Part shown: positions 39,942 through 47,822 of the stretch, in pieces
How the letters are laid out: every line of letters starts with the position of its first letter
Numbering within the stretch: position 1 is the stretch's first letter
Assembly: GCA_052034235.1 (NCBI GenBank)
Contig: JBPOIT010000009.1
Span: 8,203 to 72,202, forward strand
Length of the DNA: 64,000 nt
Direction of reading: 5' to 3'
DNA from: Candidatus Levyibacteriota bacterium
Lineage (GTDB): Bacteria; Patescibacteriota; Microgenomatia; Levybacterales; UBA12049
The notes under the pieces: generated by a model
The model's input: only the letters and a program-made list of their open reading frames with translations
Told to the model about the DNA's origin: nothing
Databases searched by the model: none
Position numbers and translations under genes: made by a program

Positions 39942-39963
39942 TTAACCGTCGCTCATTCCATTT

Positions 39964-40123
39964 TTCGGCATTTACGAGCACGCGTAAAGAAAATTCCTGT
40001 AATGAAGCGTCTAAAAAGGGGTAAGGAGAACAACGTGAGTCCGGCCCTTTTAGCGTAAATTTTTAGCAGGGCGCAGTCTTGCCGAGAGCTTTGGTCCTTT
40101 TGCAGTAAAAGAACATAAAAGAA
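39964..40123. repeat. Structured intergenic direct repeat, copy 1
   Basis: 39964-40058 matches 42315-42409 at 92 of 95 nt. Similarity continues through gtcttgccgagag and a terminal hairpin to gaacataaaagaa. This copy lacks the 8 nt (tgaaagga) present in copy 2. Confidence 0.93.
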
Positions 40124-40134
40124 TACCTCATATA

Positions 40135-40158
40135 TTCTTTGTCGACACAAATAACATA
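40135..40158. repeat. Partial third copy (terminal hairpin only) of the structured repeat
   Basis: ttctttgtcgacacaaataacata matches 42453-42476 (ttctttgtcggcacaaagaacata) at 22 of 24 nt. Confidence 0.8.
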
Positions 40159-40247
40159 CGTGGTGCAGTTTTCCTGATGATCCTACCAATATCAACAGTA
40201 AGTAGTCAGTAAAAAGAAGTACTGATACACAATTAATCTAACATTAA

Positions 40248-41228
40248 TTAATCACGTTTAACAACCTCGTCATACACCTTCTTGGAGATTTGTTCTATAA
40301 CTTCTTCTTGATCTGCAATATTTTTCCCTTTAGTCATAATGCATAGAGCATATGGACTTTCAGGATAATAGACAATACCACAATCGTGTAATTGTTGTTC
40401 ATCGCCACGTTTTATCTCTCCGAATTTGTGCGCAACAGGTATGCCTGATGGAATACCTGCTACTAATCCTTCTTTAAATTCTGTTTGTGATAAAAATTCC
40501 AATGCTTTATTAGACATTTCAAAATTTAGATATGATGAATTATAAAGAATTCGAAAAATTGCAGCATATGAATGTACGGCAATATACTGTTCTATATCAC
40601 CTTTTCTTGGATCTATGATACCTAGATCACTTAATGTATCAATGAAATCTTCTTGCGAATACTCTTGATTCAAATATTTTAAAAGCAGCTCCTGTGCAGT
40701 ATTTTCTGATTGTGTGATAAGAATTTTTAGTACTTCTTCAATCGTATATGTTTTACCTTTCTCAATCTTTACCTTCGGTTTGATATTTTGATCTACGATC
40801 TTAATATCACTTACCACAGTGAGCGTTTTTTTCAATAATGAAGGGTCTGCCTCTGCCTTTTTTAAATAAGTCATCAGCAGGGGTACTTTGAGTAAACTGG
40901 CTGGTGCAAAATCTTCGTTTGCATTAATACTCATCAGTGGACCATTTTGAAGATCTCTAAAATGTATCGCAACAGTGGACACTTTCCCTGCTGCGCTTTC
41001 AGTCTCAATAACTTCCAACAGATCATTTCGTAAAGTTACGTATTCCTTCTTTTTAACAGGATCCGTTTCGCAACGCAGAGGATTTAGATACGCATAGGGA
41101 CATTCTGCTTCTGTTGAGATTTGTGTCAAATTTTTACTTTTTTTTGCAGAAGTATTATATAAAGAAAACCCTAGTGCAAGGATGATAGTTAATAAAATTA
41201 GATAAATAATTATATTAGTTTTATTCAT
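40248..41228 (-). CDS. Membrane-anchored class A beta-lactamase-like serine hydrolase (Beta-lactamase2/PBP-like)
   Basis: N-terminal hydrophobic helix, SxxK (PASLLK), SxN (SEN) and HKFG in place of KTG, followed by HDCGIVY. Confidence 0.88.
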   Translation of the reverse strand: MNKTNIIIYLILLTIILALGFSLYNTSAKKSKNLTQISTEAECPYAYLNPLRCETDPVKKKEYVTLRNDLLEVIETESAAGKVSTVAIHFRDLQNGPLMSINANEDFAPASLLKVPLLMTYLKKAEADPSLLKKTLTVVSDIKIVDQNIKPKVKIEKGKTYTIEEVLKILITQSENTAQELLLKYLNQEYSQEDFIDTLSDLGIIDPRKGDIEQYIAVHSYAAIFRILYNSSYLNFEMSNKALEFLSQTEFKEGLVAGIPSGIPVAHKFGEIKRGDEQQLHDCGIVYYPESPYALCIMTKGKNIADQEEVIEQISKKVYDEVVKRD

Positions 41229-41245
41229 TAGCTCGTATTCAGAAA

Positions 41246-42235
41246 TTAATTAGTATTTCTGTAATGCACCTCATTATATACTTTTTGAGATATTTCTTTT
41301 ATTACTGTTTTGAGATCACTCTGTGATGTTCCTCTGGTCATAATGCAGATGACATAGGGATTGTTTGGATAGTAGACAACGCCGCAATCATGAAATTGTT
41401 GTTCGTTTCCGTTTTTCTGTTCACCAAATTTATGAGCAATTTGCAGATCACTTGGGATACCTGCAACGACTCCTTCATTAAAGGATGTCTGTTTGAGAAT
41501 GCCCAATGCTTTATCTGACATAGCAGTTGTAAGATATGATGAATTATATAAAATTCTGAAAAGTGATGCATATCCTTGGACGGTTATATACTGCTGGTCA
41601 TTTCTTTTCCTTGGATCGACAATTCCTAAATCGCTGAGTGTTACAATAAAATCATCTTCAGAATAATGAGCTCTTAAATAATTCAACAGTACTTTCCAAG
41701 AGATATTATCAGATTCTGTTATCATGAATTTAAGCAATTCATCGATTGTATATGTCTCACCAATTTTTGCTGATTTCCCAGGAGTGACATTTTGCTCCCA
41801 AGAACCCAAATCTCCTTCTACTTTTACGTTTTGAGAAAGTAGATTTGGATCTGTTTCTGCCTTTTTGTAATACATAATCATGAGAGGTAATTTAAGAAGA
41901 CTTGCTGGGATGAAATTCTGCTGTTCGTTGATGTTAAGGATAGGACCGTTCTGAAGATCTCTGAAATAGACAGCGGCAGATATTAGCTTTCCTTCATTTT
42001 CCTGCTTCTGGATATACTCATTAAGTTCACTACGGAGAACCACGTATTCTTTTTTCTTTTTCGCCAAATCAGGTTCACATCTGAGAGGATTGATATTGTG
42101 ATACTGACATTTAGTATCTTTCGCGAGGGGTTCTTCGGCTCGTTTATTTACCAAATCCCACACATGCCAATAGCTGCCAGCGGCAAACAGAATGAAGAGA
42201 ACCAATGTATAAAGTACAACTGCCTTTTTACTCAT
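41246..42235 (-). CDS. Membrane-anchored class A beta-lactamase-like serine hydrolase, tandem paralog
   Basis: PASLLK, SDN, HKFG and HDCGVVY. Shares NPLRCE, FRDLQNGP and TLSDLGI.DPRK with its neighbour. Start placed at ATG 42235 (MSKKA) because a TATAAT lies 7 nt upstream; the track starts at 42253. Confidence 0.88.
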   Translation of the reverse strand: MSKKAVVLYTLVLFILFAAGSYWHVWDLVNKRAEEPLAKDTKCQYHNINPLRCEPDLAKKKKEYVVLRSELNEYIQKQENEGKLISAAVYFRDLQNGPILNINEQQNFIPASLLKLPLMIMYYKKAETDPNLLSQNVKVEGDLGSWEQNVTPGKSAKIGETYTIDELLKFMITESDNISWKVLLNYLRAHYSEDDFIVTLSDLGIVDPRKRNDQQYITVQGYASLFRILYNSSYLTTAMSDKALGILKQTSFNEGVVAGIPSDLQIAHKFGEQKNGNEQQFHDCGVVYYPNNPYVICIMTRGTSQSDLKTVIKEISQKVYNEVHYRNTN

Positions 42236-42242
42236 CAGCACA

Positions 42243-42248
42243 ATTATA
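42243..42248 (-). promoter_or_regulatory. -10 box of a probable leaderless transcript
   Basis: Minus strand reads TATAAT-tgtgctg-ATG. Confidence 0.5.
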
Positions 42249-42314
42249 TACAAAATTTATTATAAATACATGCACTAACTAGACATATTTCTCGCCCCAT
42301 TGGGATCATTAGTA

Positions 42315-42482
42315 TTCGGCAATTACGAGCACGCGTTAAGAAAATTCCTGTAATGAAGCGTCTAAAAAGGGGTAAGGCGAACAACGTGAGTCCGGCCCTT
42401 TTAGCGTAATGAAAGGAATTTTTAGAGAGCGGAGTCTTGCCGAGAGTTTTGGTTCTTTGTCGGCACAAAGAACATAAAAGAA
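42315..42482. repeat. Structured intergenic direct repeat, copy 2
   Basis: Nested inverted arms ttcggca/tgccgag, aaaattcct/aggaatttt and aaaaggg/ccctttt, then a perfect 9-bp hairpin gttctttgt-cggc-acaaagaac (42452-42473). Ends 6 nt from the stop codon of the PKD gene. Confidence 0.93.
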
Positions 42483-42488
42483 GAATAT

Positions 42489-44645
42489 TTAATTAAAACT
42501 TATTATCAAAGTTGGAGTATTCCCACTTTCTTTTGTCCCAAATTCCACTCTCCCATTCTGTCCTTCATCAACTTTTTTCAAAAGCCATCCAGTGTTTGTA
42601 TTTGCTCCACTGATAAATGATTGCACATCAGAAGTGACATCAAATTCAACAACTCCTGTTTGATTATTGGTAATTGTCGTCGTTGCAGTTGCAGCAGATG
42701 CAAAAGGCCAGAGACTACTATTTGTCATATTCCATTCATCTCCCCCTGTACAATTCTTTGAAGTATTCTGTATATTTGAATCAGTTGAACATGACCACGT
42801 TATACCATTTCCTGTTCCTCTAAATGATGGATTGTTGCCATCATTAAATCCATTCCCTTCTGTCCAGTCCTGAATCAGTCGGTGAAGAGAAATCGGACGA
42901 CCTGTCGATCCCCAGTTATTTCCGTTGTCAGAAATGGCAAATTGCAGTTTTGCTGTATAATTCTGAGCCCCATTTACCGCTGTTTCTATCTGAGATTGAT
43001 CAAATTTCACAAGCGAACGGTTATGGCCTGTAGACTGAAGCCGCATAAAGGAAGAAGACCCCTCATTTTCATTAGAAGACCCCTGTTTAATATACGAATC
43101 AGCAGTCGGATACAACGTTACGGGTTCTAAAGTATTTGCCACCGTGATTTCCGCAGTTTCAATATCTGACATTCCCCCATCATCCGTAAGAGTTAAAGTT
43201 ACAGTATATGTGCCGGTAGCAGTATAAGCGTGTGTCCCCGCTACTACTCCAGATCCATTACTTTCACTAATAACACCATTACTTGTGGTTCCATCCCCCC
43301 AATTCCAAACTGCGGTATGGTTACCATTAATATTAGGATCTGAAAAGTTAGTTGAACTTTCAAAAGACATGTCTGTTTGTATTAATGTCGGAAGATTAAT
43401 CGAGCTTATTGTAGGAGCAAGAGAAGGTTTGCTTATGGTTATGGGCTCATAACCTAACCCTGATTGAGGTAGATATAATCTATAGTTACCATCTGGAAGC
43501 GAATTTCCACTTCCGTAGCCGACACCATTAAACAAGCAAGAGTTGCTAGGGATATGTAATTCTGTAGTTGCTACGACATTCCCACTAGCGTTTATCAAGT
43601 GACAAGTTTCTCGCATTGGGACATTAGTCTCTACGTAAATATTGTCTGAATTATATACTACTCTTGGAACATCAAGTAACGTTGTTGTTGTATAAAAAAA
43701 GCTATTTGATCTGATACGAGTGCTACCTTGTGGATCTCCATAAAAGTATAGAGATAAATTTTTATAATCAATACTAGAAGTATTAAAAGTACAAGAGTTA
43801 GCTGTCTTACTCGATGCAACGATATTCATATCTGCATTAACCACTAAATAACAGCTATAGAAAGTAGCATCTGGTGTAAAAGAGATGGTTAATAGCCTCT
43901 TATTGGGAGAATCATAAACATATGAAAAATTAGTGATTGAAAGAGATGGTTGAGGGTCTGGTATTTCGATAAAAGCCGCAATGACATCATACTCCCCTAC
44001 ATTCCCATGATTATCTGTAATTTTAACTTTAATGACATAGGTACCCGCGGAAGTATATACATGATCCATATAATATAGTGTTCCATCAATCGTAAGGGGT
44101 TGTTCGCCAGAACCATCGCCATAGTCAACAGTACCAGTCCATGAGGATGAATCAGGATCGCTAAAGCCATAAAATTGATAGTAACGATCTCCAGCATGAT
44201 TAATTAAATAATTAGGTATATAGAATTGTGGTGCTTCATTCTCTGGTGTAGAAGTTGGAGAAGTTGGAGGCACCAATGATGGCTTTCCATTTATCATATA
44301 AAAGACTTCTGATATTCCAACTGGATTATTCTGATCACCAAACTGATTTAAAATTTCTATCGTGTATTCTCCATCAGGTAATGTAGCTCCAACAAATGAA
44401 CATCCATTTGCTGGTCTCATTACAGAGCCATTGTTAACGAAATTATGAGAACTGTTATAGATTATACAATTATCACTCGTTTTGGTTTCGGAAGGCATCG
44501 GATTGAAAAAAATTTTACTTAAAGTTCCAGGATCATTTCCTGGATAGAATCCTAAGACACTCATTTGTGTACTTGCATATGTGGTAGAAGTAAAAACTAA
44601 AGTAGTTAGTAGACTAAAGAAGATTAACGAATAGAATTTTCTCAT
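42489..44645 (-). CDS. Secreted protein with two PKD domains and a C-terminal DNRLRE-type domain
   Basis: Signal peptide MRKFYSLIFF...TYA (start moved from 44711 to ATG 44645). PKD motifs VDYGDG...HVYTSAGTYVIKVKITD and WNWGDG...HAYTATGTYTVTLTLTD. C-terminus has ADSYI...RSLVKFD...LHRL..DWTEG...FDVTSDVQ...GWLLK...ESGNTPTLII. Confidence 0.85.
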   Translation of the reverse strand: MRKFYSLIFFSLLTTLVFTSTTYASTQMSVLGFYPGNDPGTLSKIFFNPMPSETKTSDNCIIYNSSHNFVNNGSVMRPANGCSFVGATLPDGEYTIEILNQFGDQNNPVGISEVFYMINGKPSLVPPTSPTSTPENEAPQFYIPNYLINHAGDRYYQFYGFSDPDSSSWTGTVDYGDGSGEQPLTIDGTLYYMDHVYTSAGTYVIKVKITDNHGNVGEYDVIAAFIEIPDPQPSLSITNFSYVYDSPNKRLLTISFTPDATFYSCYLVVNADMNIVASSKTANSCTFNTSSIDYKNLSLYFYGDPQGSTRIRSNSFFYTTTTLLDVPRVVYNSDNIYVETNVPMRETCHLINASGNVVATTELHIPSNSCLFNGVGYGSGNSLPDGNYRLYLPQSGLGYEPITISKPSLAPTISSINLPTLIQTDMSFESSTNFSDPNINGNHTAVWNWGDGTTSNGVISESNGSGVVAGTHAYTATGTYTVTLTLTDDGGMSDIETAEITVANTLEPVTLYPTADSYIKQGSSNENEGSSSFMRLQSTGHNRSLVKFDQSQIETAVNGAQNYTAKLQFAISDNGNNWGSTGRPISLHRLIQDWTEGNGFNDGNNPSFRGTGNGITWSCSTDSNIQNTSKNCTGGDEWNMTNSSLWPFASAATATTTITNNQTGVVEFDVTSDVQSFISGANTNTGWLLKKVDEGQNGRVEFGTKESGNTPTLIISFN

Positions 44646-44718
44646 CTTATGTAAAGTGTAGAGTACTCTTATTAAAAAGTCATTAATTAGAAACGCATCA
44701 AATTCACACAAGCTTTTT

Positions 44719-44727
44719 TGCTATAAT
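44719..44727 (+). promoter_or_regulatory. Extended -10 promoter (TGcTATAAT)
   Basis: tgctataat lies 19 nt upstream of ATG 44747. Confidence 0.5.
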
Positions 44728-44746
44728 ATATAAGTACTCCTGTCCT

Positions 44747-47700
44747 ATGAAAAAACTACGTGGTTCTGCTGGGTGGATCTTTGTTACTCTTATTTTAGTT
44801 GTTTTTTTTGCCGCTATATATGTTTTGCCTAATTATTCATTAACTGCTCCACTTTCACCTTTTGCTCCATCCCCTTCTCTTAACAGAGAGATCGTGGAAT
44901 ATTCACTCTCAGAGGAGAGAACACTACCAGAGCAATATAATATACCTGGAAATAAATTACCTGAGTTTACATTTGATATTGCTGCACCGAAATTCCAAGA
45001 GATATTACAAAGCTCTGGTGATGCGCTTAATGAGAAAGCAAAAGCAAAAATCACCTATCAAGGATCCGGTAAAGGTGATAATACTTTCGATGCAGATATA
45101 CAAGTAAACACAGAAAAAAGCAAATTGGTGGTTCATCCCAATGATATTCCTAATTTTACGCCAGGCAAATATAGATTAAGTTTGACACTTCGCACGATTG
45201 AAGGAGAAGTTAATATCGAGCAAGATTTTACATGGGGTGTTATCGCTGTAAATACTGATAAATCAATCTACAAACCCGGTGAAACTGCGGAGATTGGTTT
45301 TGGTATTTTGGATGACGGAGGCAATACTCAATGTGTGGACACGGCTGACATTGTGACAACAATTACTTCACCTGAAGGTAAAGTAACCGAACTATCAACT
45401 AATACTGGAACGATCAGAGATAGTGGCAAATGTGGTGCTATCACTTTTACGAATAAAGCTGATTTCCAGGCGCAATATAAAACTTCAACTTCGGGCATCT
45501 ACCAAATGCACGTCACTGCTAGTATTAAAGGCGGTCCAATGCGCACAATTGATGACTATTTTAAAGTAGATTCTGATGTTCCGTTCGACATTACACGTAA
45601 TGATTTTCCTACCCGTATATACCCTGGTAGCCCCTACCCTGTCGCTTTCAAAGTAGTTCCAAAAGAGGCATATCGCGGTAAAATTGAAGAATTTGTTCCT
45701 AAGAATTTTCAAGTAGTAAGTATAAATAATAGAGGGCGAATTGAAGATGTAGGACTCTATAAAAAAATCACTTGGGATGTAAATTTAACCGCAGGTGAAG
45801 TGAGTTATTATAGCTACATAATAAAATTTCCTATGATTTCACCTGAATTTTATTTATTAGGACCTATTACAATAGGTACATTTAAAGAAGCGCGACAATG
45901 GCAGGTAGCATCAGATGCTATAAACTCGAGTACAGGCCTATTAAGTTATGAGGATAATGGAGGTAGTAATACTTGGTCACGAGTGTGGAACGGAACGGCT
46001 TTTAATGCGCAGGCGTCTATGTCTACAACTCCTGCTGATAGTCGATGGTTTTCTGAACAAAGTAGTCCTATCAATAACGAGAAACTTGTTGCACTAGTAG
46101 ACAATGCTGGGGTTAGTCCAAATATCGATCCGCTCTATATGTTCAGATGGGATGGGGCAGCCTGGAATTTAGATTTCTCCATTGGTTTTACTTGCCAACA
46201 AGACGCATCACGTAAATTTGACATCGCCTATGAAGAAACCTCTGGAGATGCACTTTTAGTATACAATGACTGTACTAGTCAATTAAAATATCGAAAGCGA
46301 GCAAGTGGAGCTTGGGATGGATCTTCAAGTAATGCTGGTACAGCTTATGACACGACAAAGTCTTGGATCAAACTTAAAGCAAAACCAAATACTGATGACA
46401 TTCTTGTAGGAATACTTAACGCCAACAGAAGGGTTGGCGCAATGGTTTGGGATGGTGCAAGTAATACTTTTGGGACCCAACTAGCAGACAGTTCAGGTAC
46501 GAGTAGTCAAACAAATACCATTACCGAGGAATCCATGGGTATTGCGTGGGAGAATTCAAGCGGAAAAGCACTGCTTGTCTATGGATCCACTACTACTACT
46601 CTTTTATATAGAGAGCTTAATGGGACCTGGGGAGGAGAAAATACTGCCTATACAGGGCTTGCGGGTCCGGTAGCATGGTTGAGTGTTTCTGGGGATATAC
46701 AACTCAACAGTGATTATGTGGCAGTAGGAATCGTAACGGCAACAACAATTAGAAATGAATTTGGTGTTTGGAATGGAGCAACATGGGTTACAAAACCAAC
46801 AGCTGTTACTGCGAGAAGCATCCAAGATAAAGCAATGTCTGTCAACTGGGAAGCATCTACATCTGCGAAAGCAATCTGGGCATATTCAACGAATGCTGGT
46901 GGAACTACTCCGCGTCAATTATCATATCGTACCTGGACAAACCCTGGTGGGGTTTCAACTTTCGGTGCAGATACTATTCTTACAGGAACTTTAGGTACTA
47001 ATATCCTCACCATTGAGCTTTATAGTGATACCAACTCACGTGGTATTATTGCGCTTATTGTTGATAATAATGGCGCTTTGTGGGATAGAAATTGGGACGG
47101 TAGTAGTTGGTCTGCATTACCCGGTGCAGCGTTAATTGCGAGTATTCAATCTGCGGGAGACAACGCACAAGCGTTTGGTTTTGGATTTGACCGTTTTTTG
47201 GAAACATTAGCTGCTTACAAATTCTTTGCCAATACAAATTCAACAGATGTGGGAGTTGCATTGGGTGCTCAAGACTCGCCTATTATTTTCAGCACAGCAA
47301 ATCCTGAATTTAGATTACGTATGTTATTGTATATTGATCCAGACGATTCTGTGGCAATAGGAGCTCGTCTATATACCCTGCAATATGTAGATCCTGGTGT
47401 TGGATCGTGTGCGGCACCTAGCGGAGGGACACCTGCCTCATGGACTGATGTAGGAACAGGGGTTTCTACTCTTATCGCATACAACAACAACGCTACACCA
47501 ACAGATGGGTCAAACTTAACAACCAATGCTTCAGATCCAACTTATAATGGAAAAACTGTCAGGGCGCAAACATATGAAGAGTCAAATACTTTTGCAAATT
47601 CTACATCTGCAATCGCAGGTGATCAAGTTGGATTGTGGGATTTTTCATTGAAGGATAATACAACTTACGACATTGACTCTCAAACATTTTGTTTTCGGGT

Positions 47701-47821
47701 TAAAAACAACTCTGGGCGTGTTATTAAAACACCGAGCTATCCTCAGATAACTACTGCTGGAACACCTGATGTTCTTATTCAGGGTGGTTCGATTATTCAA
47801 GGAGGAACGATACTTCAGTGA
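44747..47821 (+). CDS. Large membrane-anchored/secreted protein: MG2-like N-terminal module, Trp-rich repeat (propeller-like) region, C-terminal domain of unknown function
   Basis: N-terminal TM helix, TDKSIYKPGE (macroglobulin MG2-like motif) and recurring W(D/N)GxxW motifs between ~45980 and 47110. Confidence 0.8.
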   Translation: MKKLRGSAGWIFVTLILVVFFAAIYVLPNYSLTAPLSPFAPSPSLNREIVEYSLSEERTLPEQYNIPGNKLPEFTFDIAAPKFQEILQSSGDALNEKAKAKITYQGSGKGDNTFDADIQVNTEKSKLVVHPNDIPNFTPGKYRLSLTLRTIEGEVNIEQDFTWGVIAVNTDKSIYKPGETAEIGFGILDDGGNTQCVDTADIVTTITSPEGKVTELSTNTGTIRDSGKCGAITFTNKADFQAQYKTSTSGIYQMHVTASIKGGPMRTIDDYFKVDSDVPFDITRNDFPTRIYPGSPYPVAFKVVPKEAYRGKIEEFVPKNFQVVSINNRGRIEDVGLYKKITWDVNLTAGEVSYYSYIIKFPMISPEFYLLGPITIGTFKEARQWQVASDAINSSTGLLSYEDNGGSNTWSRVWNGTAFNAQASMSTTPADSRWFSEQSSPINNEKLVALVDNAGVSPNIDPLYMFRWDGAAWNLDFSIGFTCQQDASRKFDIAYEETSGDALLVYNDCTSQLKYRKRASGAWDGSSSNAGTAYDTTKSWIKLKAKPNTDDILVGILNANRRVGAMVWDGASNTFGTQLADSSGTSSQTNTITEESMGIAWENSSGKALLVYGSTTTTLLYRELNGTWGGENTAYTGLAGPVAWLSVSGDIQLNSDYVAVGIVTATTIRNEFGVWNGATWVTKPTAVTARSIQDKAMSVNWEASTSAKAIWAYSTNAGGTTPRQLSYRTWTNPGGVSTFGADTILTGTLGTNILTIELYSDTNSRGIIALIVDNNGALWDRNWDGSSWSALPGAALIASIQSAGDNAQAFGFGFDRFLETLAAYKFFANTNSTDVGVALGAQDSPIIFSTANPEFRLRMLLYIDPDDSVAIGARLYTLQYVDPGVGSCAAPSGGTPASWTDVGTGVSTLIAYNNNATPTDGSNLTTNASDPTYNGKTVRAQTYEESNTFANSTSAIAGDQVGLWDFSLKDNTTYDIDSQTFCFRVKNNSGRVIKTPSYPQITTAGTPDVLIQGGSIIQGGTILQ

Positions 47822-47822
47822 C

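Noticed and set aside
37284-39941. Diversity-generating retroelement target at the fibre C-terminus
   Set aside because: No reverse transcriptase and no TR/VR pair differing only at adenines was seen in the window.
40170-40230. CTGATGA suggesting a hammerhead ribozyme
   Set aside because: No stem II followed by GAAA and no matching cleavage triplet. The nearby tcagta/tactga hairpin is at most a weak terminator.
39953-42468. Two similar 74-80 aa ORFs (39953-40195 and 42244-42468) sharing YAKRAGLTLF.LPLFRRFITGIF
   Set aside because: They are translations of the DNA repeat. Their starts and ends are non-homologous, and an 8-nt indel changes the frame upstream of the shared part.
39964-42482. 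CRISPR array or canonical integron attC array
   Set aside because: Only two long copies separated by whole genes, with no short repeat-spacer periodicity, no cas or intI gene and no attC core motifs recognised.
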